Shown: piece after piece, positions 9,520-16,410 of the stretch
How positions within the stretch are numbered: position 1 is the first letter of the stretch
Layout of the letters: each line of letters opens with the position of its first letter
NCBI RefSeq assembly: GCF_001652585.1
Contig: NZ_LWLG01000015.1
Span: 1 to 32,000, forward strand
DNA length: 32,000 nt
Reading direction: 5' to 3'
Origin: Thermosulfurimonas dismutans
Lineage (GTDB): Bacteria; Desulfobacterota; Thermodesulfobacteria; Thermodesulfobacteriales; Thermodesulfobacteriaceae
Position numbers and translations under genes: made by a program
The notes under the pieces: generated by a model
Databases searched by the model: none
Seen by the model: only the letters and a program-made list of their open reading frames with translations
What the model was told of the DNA's origin: nothing

Positions 9520-9590
9520 CAAGGGATGCTGATTCTACAAAGATTTATGGTATGATTTTTAGTAATACTCGATTAGAAAAGGAGTGTCAA

Positions 9591-9833
9591 ATGGGCAAAG
9601 TGAAGATTGCTATCACCCTTGAAGAGGACCTTTTTAGGGAGCTCGATGCACTCGTCAAGCAAAAGGTTTTCCCCAGTCGTAGTAAAGCCATTGGGGAGGC
9701 CTTGAGAGAAAAACTGGAGCGTTTGAGGCAAGAAAGATTGGCCAGAGAATGCGCCAAACTGGATCCCGAATTTGAGAAAGCTTTAGCTGAGGAAGGCCTG
9801 TCGGGGGAGGTTTCCGAATGGCCAGAATACTGA
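9591..9833 (+). CDS. Ribbon-helix-helix (CopG/MazE-like) type II antitoxin, 80 aa
   Basis: [42 protein letters not shown] is a typical RHH N-terminus, followed by an acidic C-terminal tail. A strong RBS (AAAAGGAG) lies 7 nt upstream of ATG 9591. The gene overlaps the downstream toxin gene by 16 nt. The track ORF begins earlier, at a TTG at 9507, which I reject. Confidence 0.8.
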   Translation: MGKVKIAITLEEDLFRELDALVKQKVFPSRSKAIGEALREKLERLRQERLARECAKLDPEFEKALAEEGLSGEVSEWPEY

Positions 9834-10153
9834 GGGGAGAGATCAGATGGGCTGACCTCAATCCTGTAAGAGGACATGAACAGGGAGGACGGCGGCCGGT
9901 ATTGATTCTTAGTCATGAAGTCTTTAACGAACGGTCCGGAACCGTGATTGCCATGACTATAACTAGCAGATCTCAAAAAGCGGGGTTTCCCCTTACTTGG
10001 GAACTAAAAAGTGAGGGCTTACCCAGGCATTCCTGGGTGAAAATGAGCCAGATCAGAACCCTTTCGGTAGAGAGAATCGGTGAAAAGATTGGCCAAGTTT
10101 CTTGGGAGGAGTTGGAAAAGATTATTGAGGGGTTTCTTTATTTGATAAAGTAA
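9818..10153 (+). CDS. mazF: MazF/PemK-family endoribonuclease toxin, 111 aa
   Basis: [46 protein letters not shown]...[16 protein letters not shown] matches the PemK/MazF consensus (G.i....ldP..G.Eq.g.RP.lvls.......v.....Ts...). Confidence 0.9.
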   Translation: MARILRGEIRWADLNPVRGHEQGGRRPVLILSHEVFNERSGTVIAMTITSRSQKAGFPLTWELKSEGLPRHSWVKMSQIRTLSVERIGEKIGQVSWEELEKIIEGFLYLIK

Positions 10154-10910
10154 GGAAAATTTCCCTGAATCGCAGGGCGTCCTGATGCATGTAGATGTTG
10201 TTAAAGAGGACAAAGACCTCGTTGGCCCTGAGCCCTGAAAGTAGCTCGCCAAGCTCCCGGAGCTCATCGTCACTGTAACGCTTGTTATAGTTCAGGCGTC
10301 CGCCCTCAAGGGTTCCGTGAAGCCTGAAGTAGAGAAGAGGTAAGTCCTTAAAGCAATCCAGATATTTGGGAAAGAGGAGAGGATCGAAGACCGGGACGAT
10401 CCCAAAGTCTTCGCATACCCTTACGAGAAGATCAGCTTCGTACCAACGAATTTCGAGTCCAAAGTGGAGTCCCGCAGACCCGCCGGATAACTCCCTCAAC
10501 CGAGAGAAGAAATGGGCGAAGCCTTCCTTCTCCCTTTCACAGTTTCGGGGAAGTTGAAACAAAAGGAAGCGGGCCGAAAGTCTTGTGGCCATCTCCAAGA
10601 TCCTTTCAAGGAGAGCCTCGGTTACCGGATTGAGCTTCAGGCAGCCCACCCGGCCCCGGAATCTCTCCTTCTCTTCCGGGGTAAGTTTGGCCCGGCGCCA
10701 GGTAGGGGAACCTAAGGGATGGGTCAGTCCCTGAAAGGCTTTAAAGGCCAGCTTAAAGTCTTTTCGTTCTTTGAAGACTTTTTCCCAGTTTTTTAAGGTT
10801 GTTTCCGAAGGGAAATTGTAAAAGGTGGCGTTTATCTCAAGGGTGTCAAAGAGTTCCACATATTTTTTAAGCCCGACCTTATTTCCACAGGTTCCGATAT
10901 AGACCTTCAT
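10122..10910 (-). CDS. DUF72 (YecE-like) family protein
   Basis: From Met16 of the track ORF, MKVYIGTCG...LFDTLEINATFYNFPSETTLKNWEK...LFQLP matches the DUF72 pattern (iyIGTsG...f..vEiN.TFY..p....). I therefore prefer a start at 10910 over 10955. The 3' end overlaps the mazF 3' end by 32 nt. Confidence 0.75.
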   Translation of the reverse strand: MKVYIGTCGNKVGLKKYVELFDTLEINATFYNFPSETTLKNWEKVFKERKDFKLAFKAFQGLTHPLGSPTWRRAKLTPEEKERFRGRVGCLKLNPVTEALLERILEMATRLSARFLLFQLPRNCEREKEGFAHFFSRLRELSGGSAGLHFGLEIRWYEADLLVRVCEDFGIVPVFDPLLFPKYLDCFKDLPLLYFRLHGTLEGGRLNYNKRYSDDELRELGELLSGLRANEVFVLFNNIYMHQDALRFREIFLTLSNKETPQ

Positions 10911-11886
10911 AAGCCTGAGCCTTTTGCCATACCTGAGGATAAAGACTGCGGGCAACCTCCCGGGCCTTGGGAGTAGAAAGAAGCCTTATTTTGGCATCCA
11001 GGGCCCGGCAGTCTTCATAAGAAAGCTCTTTTACAAAGGCCCGCCAGAAAAGTTCGTTTTTGAGATGCGGGAAGGGCTCTTTTTCGGTAGGCTTGAGTTC
11101 CTCCTTTTCGATGAGCCGGATGTAAATCAGGCTTCGGGCGGCTAGGAGATCCTCGTCAATTTGGCGGTGTTTTCCGAAGAGGTAATAGGAGGTCAGACCG
11201 TCGCCGGGTGAGGGCCAAACCCCGTTAAGCCCTCTGGCTTTCACCGTGGAAAGGATCAGGTTCCTTACCACCAGTTTGTAATACGAAGGTTTTCCCCGGG
11301 CGAGATAGTAAATCAGTTTGAGATGGATGTAGCCGGCCTCGATATAGATCTTGGCTTCGGGGGCAAGATTTTTCAGGAGATCCAGAATAGCCCCGGCCCG
11401 GAGTCGATCTCGGAATTCTATGCGGCAGGCATCGGCCTGAGCAAAGGCCTTGATCCTTTCAACCAGTTCCTCAAAGGGGGCCTTCATGGCCCCGTAAAAC
11501 TCGAGAAGCCGCCCGAAGGTTTCGTGCTCGTGAAAATAGACTTGAGAAAGGTCGGGCTCCTTTCTTAACTCCCCGGGTTCTCGGCCTTCGGCCAGGGCCT
11601 CCTGAATTTTGACCCACCGTTCCAGATAGGGTTCTACCTGAAGAATCTTTTTTCCGTGGGCATAAAGCCCTTTCAGGGCTCGGTAAAGCTCTAGGGCGTA
11701 TTCGGGAAAACCGGCCTCGGTTTCCAGTACAAAATCTTCAATTGGCACCCGACCTTCAAGCATGTCTTTAAATTTGGGATGAGGTGGTTCTTCCAGTACG
11801 ATGAGGTCATGTTCTTCCATGAGCCTCAAGCTCTCCGGCAAAAATTCCAGGCGATGAGGGGTAAGGCCTACGGTGATTTTCCCCAT
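10879..11886 (-). CDS. Hypothetical protein, 335 aa, no family recognised
   Basis: This is a long ORF with protein-like composition. It overlaps the upstream GGCT gene by 19 nt and the downstream DUF72 gene by 32 nt, on the same strand. The N-terminus ITVGLTPHRLEF...HDLIVLEEPP only faintly recalls TraB/ChaN/Tiki-type motifs, and I cannot support an assignment. Confidence 0.6.
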   Translation of the reverse strand: MGKITVGLTPHRLEFLPESLRLMEEHDLIVLEEPPHPKFKDMLEGRVPIEDFVLETEAGFPEYALELYRALKGLYAHGKKILQVEPYLERWVKIQEALAEGREPGELRKEPDLSQVYFHEHETFGRLLEFYGAMKAPFEELVERIKAFAQADACRIEFRDRLRAGAILDLLKNLAPEAKIYIEAGYIHLKLIYYLARGKPSYYKLVVRNLILSTVKARGLNGVWPSPGDGLTSYYLFGKHRQIDEDLLAARSLIYIRLIEKEELKPTEKEPFPHLKNELFWRAFVKELSYEDCRALDAKIRLLSTPKAREVARSLYPQVWQKAQAYEGLYRNLWK

Positions 11887-12227
11887 TTTCCACTTAGTAA
11901 GCGTTTGCTTTCCGGAAGTGGTTCCCGATAAATGTACATCCAGGCCGTTATAACGCGGCTATCCTCGATTTCCACCGGGACCTCCTGGCGATCGTACTCG
12001 TCCTCCACCTCGTCAAGGACTTCAAAAAGATCAGGTTTGATCTCATAGATCTCTCCCCAAACGAAAGCCTCTCCCGAGGCTGGTCTTGCTGCGGGGTACT
12101 CCCCAAGGTCATAAAGGGCGTAGCCCTTGACTCGTCCTTCTCCGAGAAACCGGGCCTCCCGCAACAAATAGTGCAAAGATTCGCCGCGCTTAAGGGTCCC
12201 GTAAACGAAAATCCTGACCTTTTCCAT
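11868..12227 (-). CDS. Gamma-glutamylcyclotransferase (AIG2/GGCT-like) family protein
   Basis: The N-terminal VRIFVYGTLKRGESLHYLL (YGTLKRG motif) and ...GYALYDLGEYPAA...VWGEIYEI... are typical of the GGACT/AIG2-like fold family. Confidence 0.85.
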   Translation of the reverse strand: MEKVRIFVYGTLKRGESLHYLLREARFLGEGRVKGYALYDLGEYPAARPASGEAFVWGEIYEIKPDLFEVLDEVEDEYDRQEVPVEIEDSRVITAWMYIYREPLPESKRLLSGKWGKSP

Positions 12228-12292
12228 TGACCGTGCCCCGGAGGCCTTTTATCTTAATTTGAAATAAACCGCCAAGGAGAGGAGGCGGCAAG

Positions 12293-12544
12293 ATGCCTAT
12301 TTACGAGTTTCGGTGCGAGGACTGTGGAGAGGAGTTCGAGACCCTTTTAAAGAGTCGTTCCGAGATAGAAACCGTAACCTGTAAGAAGTGTGGGGGCAAA
12401 AATGTCAAACGCCTCATGAGCACCATCACCCCTATTGTGGATTCCGGAGGAGGCGGAGGTTCGGATAGGCCTCGGGTGGCTGAAACCCACAAGTGTGATA
12501 CCGGAACCTGCACCCATCTTGAGCTTCCGGGCCACAGTCGGTAA
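12293..12544 (+). CDS. FmdB-family CxxC_CxxC zinc-ribbon protein, 83 aa, with Gly5 linker and Cys-pair tail
   Basis: MPIYEFRCEDCGEEFE...VTCKKCGGKNVKRL is the classic FmdB/TIGR02605-type zinc ribbon. The tail reads DSGGGGGSDRPRVAETHKCDTGTCTHLELPGHSR. A strong RBS (GGAGAGGAGG) lies at 12276-12285. Confidence 0.85.
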   Translation: MPIYEFRCEDCGEEFETLLKSRSEIETVTCKKCGGKNVKRLMSTITPIVDSGGGGGSDRPRVAETHKCDTGTCTHLELPGHSR

Positions 12545-13575
12545 TGGTTCTTTGTCTCAAGCGATTCGATTCCTGCGGGATCATGCTTTCCTATCGTTGC
12601 CAGTGCGGCTGTCGGCACTGCGTCTATGCCTGTGGTCCGCAGTGGCATGACTGGATGAGTCGTGAAGACCTGGAGAACCTCCTTTCGGGAATCCAGGAGA
12701 CCTGGGAGAACCCCCGAGGGTTGCATCTGGCCGGCGGCGAACCCTTTTTCAATTTCGAACTTCTGGTCTTTGCGGTTGAAAAATGTCGAGAAAGGAACCT
12801 GCCTATAGAATATGTGGAGACCAACGCCGGCTGGTGCACTTCCTATGAAGAGGCCCGTGAGAGATTTAAAATTCTGAAGGAGGCTGGCCTTACGAGCGTA
12901 CTCATTTCCTGCAGCCCTTTTCACGCCGAAACCGTACCCTTGAAGAGGACCCTCTGGGCCATAAAGGCCGCCCGGGAGGTTTTCGGGGCTTATCATGTGA
13001 TCGTTTACATGGAGCACTTTGTGGATCTCATCCGAGGGTTTGGCGAGGATCGTCCGGTTCCACTTTCAGAATGGATAAGGATTTACGGTAAAGAGGAGGC
13101 CGGAAGGCTTTTCTGGAAGGGCTACAGTCTCTTTTCCGGTGGGCGGGCCGGTTTCGAACTGGGTATTTTGGCTGAACGCTATCCCTATGAACGCTTCCGG
13201 GGGATGAATTGTATGACCGAGATCCTCCTCTCCAGACACTGCCACTTTGATCCTTATGGAAACTATATCCCCCTTTTCTGCGGAGGCCTTTCCCTAGGAA
13301 GGGTAGAGGGGGATCTCCGGAGATTTGTTGATGATTACGAGGCCGGAAAGTCCCGGATAATCAAAATTTTGGTTGAGGCGGGACCTTTCGGCCTTGCGGA
13401 ATGGGCCCGAAGGAATTTCGGCTTTGAGCCCGACCCCGAAGGCTACGTGGGCAAGTGCCACCTATGTGTGGCCGTGAGGAAGTTTCTGGTGGATACCGGA
13501 GAAGACTTTCCCGAGCTCACCCCGCGGGCCTTTTACGAAAACCTGAGGAGTCATCTTCCGGCGCTCCATGTTTAA
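12544..13575 (+). CDS. Radical SAM protein with extra C-terminal cysteines (twitch/SPASM-like), subfamily unknown
   Basis: The CX3CX2C motif is C19QCGC23RHC26. LAGGEPF is the SAM-binding GGE motif, and VETNAGW is present. C-terminal cysteines occur in RHCHFDPYGNYIPLFCGG and GKCHLC. The ATG shares one nucleotide with the upstream stop (TAATG at 12542-12546). Confidence 0.85.
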   Translation: MVLCLKRFDSCGIMLSYRCQCGCRHCVYACGPQWHDWMSREDLENLLSGIQETWENPRGLHLAGGEPFFNFELLVFAVEKCRERNLPIEYVETNAGWCTSYEEARERFKILKEAGLTSVLISCSPFHAETVPLKRTLWAIKAAREVFGAYHVIVYMEHFVDLIRGFGEDRPVPLSEWIRIYGKEEAGRLFWKGYSLFSGGRAGFELGILAERYPYERFRGMNCMTEILLSRHCHFDPYGNYIPLFCGGLSLGRVEGDLRRFVDDYEAGKSRIIKILVEAGPFGLAEWARRNFGFEPDPEGYVGKCHLCVAVRKFLVDTGEDFPELTPRAFYENLRSHLPALHV

Positions 13576-14236
13576 GGCCATAATCTTTGACGCTGAAGGC
13601 ACTCTTTTTCACATAAGACCCTCCGTGGGGGCCATCTATGCCGAAGTCCTCAGGCTTTTTGGCCGAGAAGTTCCGGCTTCCGAACTTGAGGCCCGCTTCC
13701 GTAAACTCTGGCCGGAGATAAGGAAGGAGCTTACGCTTTTCGGTAAAGAGGAATGCCTTGAGTTCTGGAGGAAGGCTTTTTTTGAGACCGTTTCTCCGTG
13801 GCTTGATGGTCTTCCGGAAGACGAGACTTTTCGCAGGGCTTATGAATACTTCGCCAGTCCTAAGGCCTTCGTGCCGGCCAAGGGATTTCCCGAGGTGCTA
13901 TCCCTTCTCAAGAAGTCTGGGGTCAAGACGGCCATTCTTTCTAATTGGGACGAAAGGCTCCACCGGCTCCTATCGGCATTGGGGCTAAAGCAAGCCTTTG
14001 ACGCCATTTTTACCGCCTGTGAGCTTGGGGTGGGGAAACCCGATCCCGAGGCCTTCCACCTGGCCTGTGAGGCCCTGGGTGTTCGGCCCGAAGAGGCCCT
14101 CATGATCGGAAACGATCCGAAGGAAGATTACGAGGGAGCTTTGCGTGCCGGGCTTCAGGCGCTACTTTATCGGGGAGAAGATTTGAGGACACTCCTTAAA
14201 AAGTTTTTACCGGAGGTGCAAGATGGCACGCTTTAA
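13568..14236 (+). CDS. HAD superfamily hydrolase, subfamily IA-like
   Basis: Motif I is IIFDAEGTLF, with Glu where the second Asp is usual. Motif II is ILSNWD. Motifs III/IV are GVGKPD...MIGNDPKEDYEGA. The gene overlaps the upstream gene by 8 nt. Confidence 0.85.
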   Translation: MFKAIIFDAEGTLFHIRPSVGAIYAEVLRLFGREVPASELEARFRKLWPEIRKELTLFGKEECLEFWRKAFFETVSPWLDGLPEDETFRRAYEYFASPKAFVPAKGFPEVLSLLKKSGVKTAILSNWDERLHRLLSALGLKQAFDAIFTACELGVGKPDPEAFHLACEALGVRPEEALMIGNDPKEDYEGALRAGLQALLYRGEDLRTLLKKFLPEVQDGTL

Positions 14237-14813
14237 GCCTCCTCGGGAATTTAAGGAATTATTGCAAGAAGTGGACCGGAATTTTCGAGAAGTCCAAAAG
14301 AAATACCCACGGGAGGTCCGTTGCCGGAAGGGATGTACGGACTGCTGTTGGGCCCCTTTTGACCTTTCCCTGGTGGAGGCCCTTTATCTGGGGGGAGCCT
14401 TTCGCACCCTCCCCCGGCGGGAAAGGAGAGAGGTTGAAAGACGCCTCCAGAAATACGAAAAAGATTGGGAAACCAAAGTGCCCAAGCCGGTAACCCCTTT
14501 TGTGCTTTCCACCATCAAGTTGCGCTGTCCGTTTCTAAACGACAAAGGTCTCTGTTTGGTCTATGAATTCCGGCCGATTACCTGTCGCATCTACGGGCTT
14601 CCGCTTGAGATCGAGGGGGAGGCCTATGTATGTCCCAAGTCGGGTTTTGAGCCCGGAAAGACCTACCCCACGGTGCTCTTCTCCGAAGTAGTCAAGAGGC
14701 TTTCCGAGATCTCGGAGAAGATCCTTTCCGGGGGAGGCAATATACGGGTTTCACTGGTCGGGGCTATCCGGGGCCAGTTCCCCGGAGCCTATCTCCTCTC
14801 GGATACCTTCTAA
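14223..14813 (+). CDS. YkgJ-family cysteine-cluster protein (UPF0153, CxxCxxCC)
   Basis: CRKGCTDCCWAPFDLSLVEALYL and ...RCPFLNDKGLCLVYEFRPITCRIYG match the YkgJ putative Fe-S/Zn binding family. The gene overlaps the HAD gene by 14 nt. Confidence 0.8.
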   Translation: MARFKPPREFKELLQEVDRNFREVQKKYPREVRCRKGCTDCCWAPFDLSLVEALYLGGAFRTLPRRERREVERRLQKYEKDWETKVPKPVTPFVLSTIKLRCPFLNDKGLCLVYEFRPITCRIYGLPLEIEGEAYVCPKSGFEPGKTYPTVLFSEVVKRLSEISEKILSGGGNIRVSLVGAIRGQFPGAYLLSDTF

Positions 14814-15344
14814 GGCCTTCTCGACCAGTTCGGCCTGTTCCCGGGAGCCCATTTGGCGATAAATTTTGGCCGCAAGTTCGTAGGCCTCCCGGGCCGCCTG
14901 GTAGTTTTTCTGATGACGGTAGACGTCACCGATCCCAGCAAGCATGCGAGCCGCCCGGTGGGCGTCTCGGTATTTTTCCGCGATCTCAAGGGCCCGGTAA
15001 AGGTAGGGCAGGGCCTTTTCAGGCTGCTTTATCTCCTTGTAGACGTAGACGATCTTTTCCGAAAGGATGGCAGCCCCCAGTTCGTCCTCGTATTCCTCAC
15101 AGATGTCAAGGGCGATCTTGTAAGGTTTCAAGGCCCGTTCGAAGTTGCCACGGTTGAAATATATATCGCCCATCTTTTCGGCGGCGTTGGCCGCCTCCTT
15201 GTGCCGCTGATGCTTTACAAAGACCTTGTAGGCCTCTTCGTAGCGGTCCAAGGCGTCTAGGCTGCGACCCTGGGCCCACATCACCTGGGCCTCCTTATAC
15301 CACTTTAGGGCTTCTTCAACCTCAGGCGTCGGTTTCTCCTCCAT
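14751..15344 (-). CDS. Tetratricopeptide-repeat (TPR) protein, 197 aa
   Basis: There are repeated 34-residue-type motifs (A..YE.A..I/V....... A...Y..ALEI), for example EKMGDIYFNRGNFERALKPYKIALDI and AGIGDVYRHQKNYQAAREAYELAAKIY. The 3' end overlaps the ykgJ-like 3' end by 63 nt. Confidence 0.8.
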   Translation of the reverse strand: MEEKPTPEVEEALKWYKEAQVMWAQGRSLDALDRYEEAYKVFVKHQRHKEAANAAEKMGDIYFNRGNFERALKPYKIALDICEEYEDELGAAILSEKIVYVYKEIKQPEKALPYLYRALEIAEKYRDAHRAARMLAGIGDVYRHQKNYQAAREAYELAAKIYRQMGSREQAELVEKALEGIREEIGSGELAPDSPDQ

Positions 15345-16410
15345 TTTCCCACTCCTTTAAGATTTTGGCCGCCAATTCGTCCACTCTGAAACGTCTAAAA
15401 GTATCCTCTTCCGGGATGTACATTTCAAACTCAGCGGTATCCGAAAGGAGCGCCTTTATCGAGGAAGTGAGCTCTTTAAGTCCGGCCCGGTAGATAGTCA
15501 ACAGGGCGAGTCCTCTTACCAGTGGTTCCTTGTCCTGTAGGAACTCGGTTAGGAGAAAGGGTTTTTCTCGCCGAATAAGTTCAGGGTGGTCCTCCGCAAT
15601 TCGCGAGAGGGCAAAGAGCGCTGCCGGACGGAACTCCGGATACTTTAGAAAGGCCTGTAGATTTCGGGTGTAAAGGCCAAAACGCTTTGGGAGATACCGG
15701 ATGATCTCACCCACGGTCTCAAGAGCGCCCCATGCCGAGGCCGCGGAATCCGCACTGGCATAAAGCAGACGCTTCATCAGATCGGCTACTTCTTCAGGAT
15801 ATTCGTCGGCGAGCTCGGCCGCTATCTTCCCCAAAAACTTCACCGTGCGGAACCGTAGCGCCGGCTCCGGATGATAGAGGACCTTCTGAAGGGTGCGGAG
15901 ATTGAGAGGTTGGTGTCTACAGAGAAGTAATAGTTCCTTAAACCGATCTTCAGAAACCAGTCGCTCGGCTTCTGGACGCCGTATTTTCCTAGGCCTGAAC
16001 CCAGGAGGAGCCTCTTCGCGTTTGCGTTTTTGGCGTATTTCGGGAATTTTTTCTCGGCTCACCTCCCGGATATCATCGGCAAGCTTTATAAAATAGAGCA
16101 CTCCGGAGATCTTGCGACCTTCGAAACTTCCTTCCGGAATGACCTGATGGGTGACTTGATCGTAGGGTTCAAGGAGGCTTTCCTGATAATCCTCGCCCGG
16201 TATGAGGTCCCAAGCGAGCTCCCAATCGCCACCAGCGGCCAGAAACAAAGCTTCTGCAAAGGCCGCACCACGGCTGTAACCAGTGACATCACTCACATAG
16301 ACCGCCCCGCATTCGCAAAAACCGGCATCCATATCCGCAAACTGGAAGCCCAGGTTCTGAGGGGGAGCTACCGGCCTTCCGCAAAAGGGACACTTAGGAA
16401 TGCGACTCAT
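15322..16410 (-). CDS. Zinc-ribbon N-terminal / helical-repeat (HEAT/ARM-like) C-terminal protein, function unknown
   Basis: I place the start at ATG 16410 because it forms an ATGA overlap with the upstream TPR gene stop; the track ORF extends to 16512. The N-terminus is MSRIPKCPFCGRPV...GFCECGAVYV (four Cys). A K/R-rich linker follows (RQKRKREEAPPGFRPRKIRRPE). The C-terminal half is alpha-helical repeat-like (EPALRFRTVKFLGKIA...EPLVRGLALLTIYRAG). Confidence 0.65.
   Translation of the reverse strand: MSRIPKCPFCGRPVAPPQNLGFQFADMDAGFCECGAVYVSDVTGYSRGAAFAEALFLAAGGDWELAWDLIPGEDYQESLLEPYDQVTHQVIPEGSFEGRKISGVLYFIKLADDIREVSREKIPEIRQKRKREEAPPGFRPRKIRRPEAERLVSEDRFKELLLLCRHQPLNLRTLQKVLYHPEPALRFRTVKFLGKIAAELADEYPEEVADLMKRLLYASADSAASAWGALETVGEIIRYLPKRFGLYTRNLQAFLKYPEFRPAALFALSRIAEDHPELIRREKPFLLTEFLQDKEPLVRGLALLTIYRAGLKELTSSIKALLSDTAEFEMYIPEEDTFRRFRVDELAAKILKEWENGGETDA

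Noticed and set aside
9507-9590. An N-terminal extension of the antitoxin ORF from a TTG at 9507 (108 aa in the track).
   Set aside because: The extension runs through the promoter and inverted-repeat region and has no RBS. The internal ATG at 9591 has a strong AAAAGGAG RBS, and the RHH fold starts right there.
12301-13017. A 238-aa minus-strand ORF antisense to the FmdB and radical SAM genes.
   Set aside because: It lies entirely opposite two ORFs with clear family motifs. Its translation is low-complexity (P/G/S/R-rich) with no recognisable motif, which is a typical shadow ORF in GC-balanced coding DNA.
14853-15260. A 135-aa plus-strand ORF antisense to the 197-aa TPR gene.
   Set aside because: It lies opposite a gene with clear TPR periodicity, has no RBS or motif, and has a hydrophobic, low-information composition.
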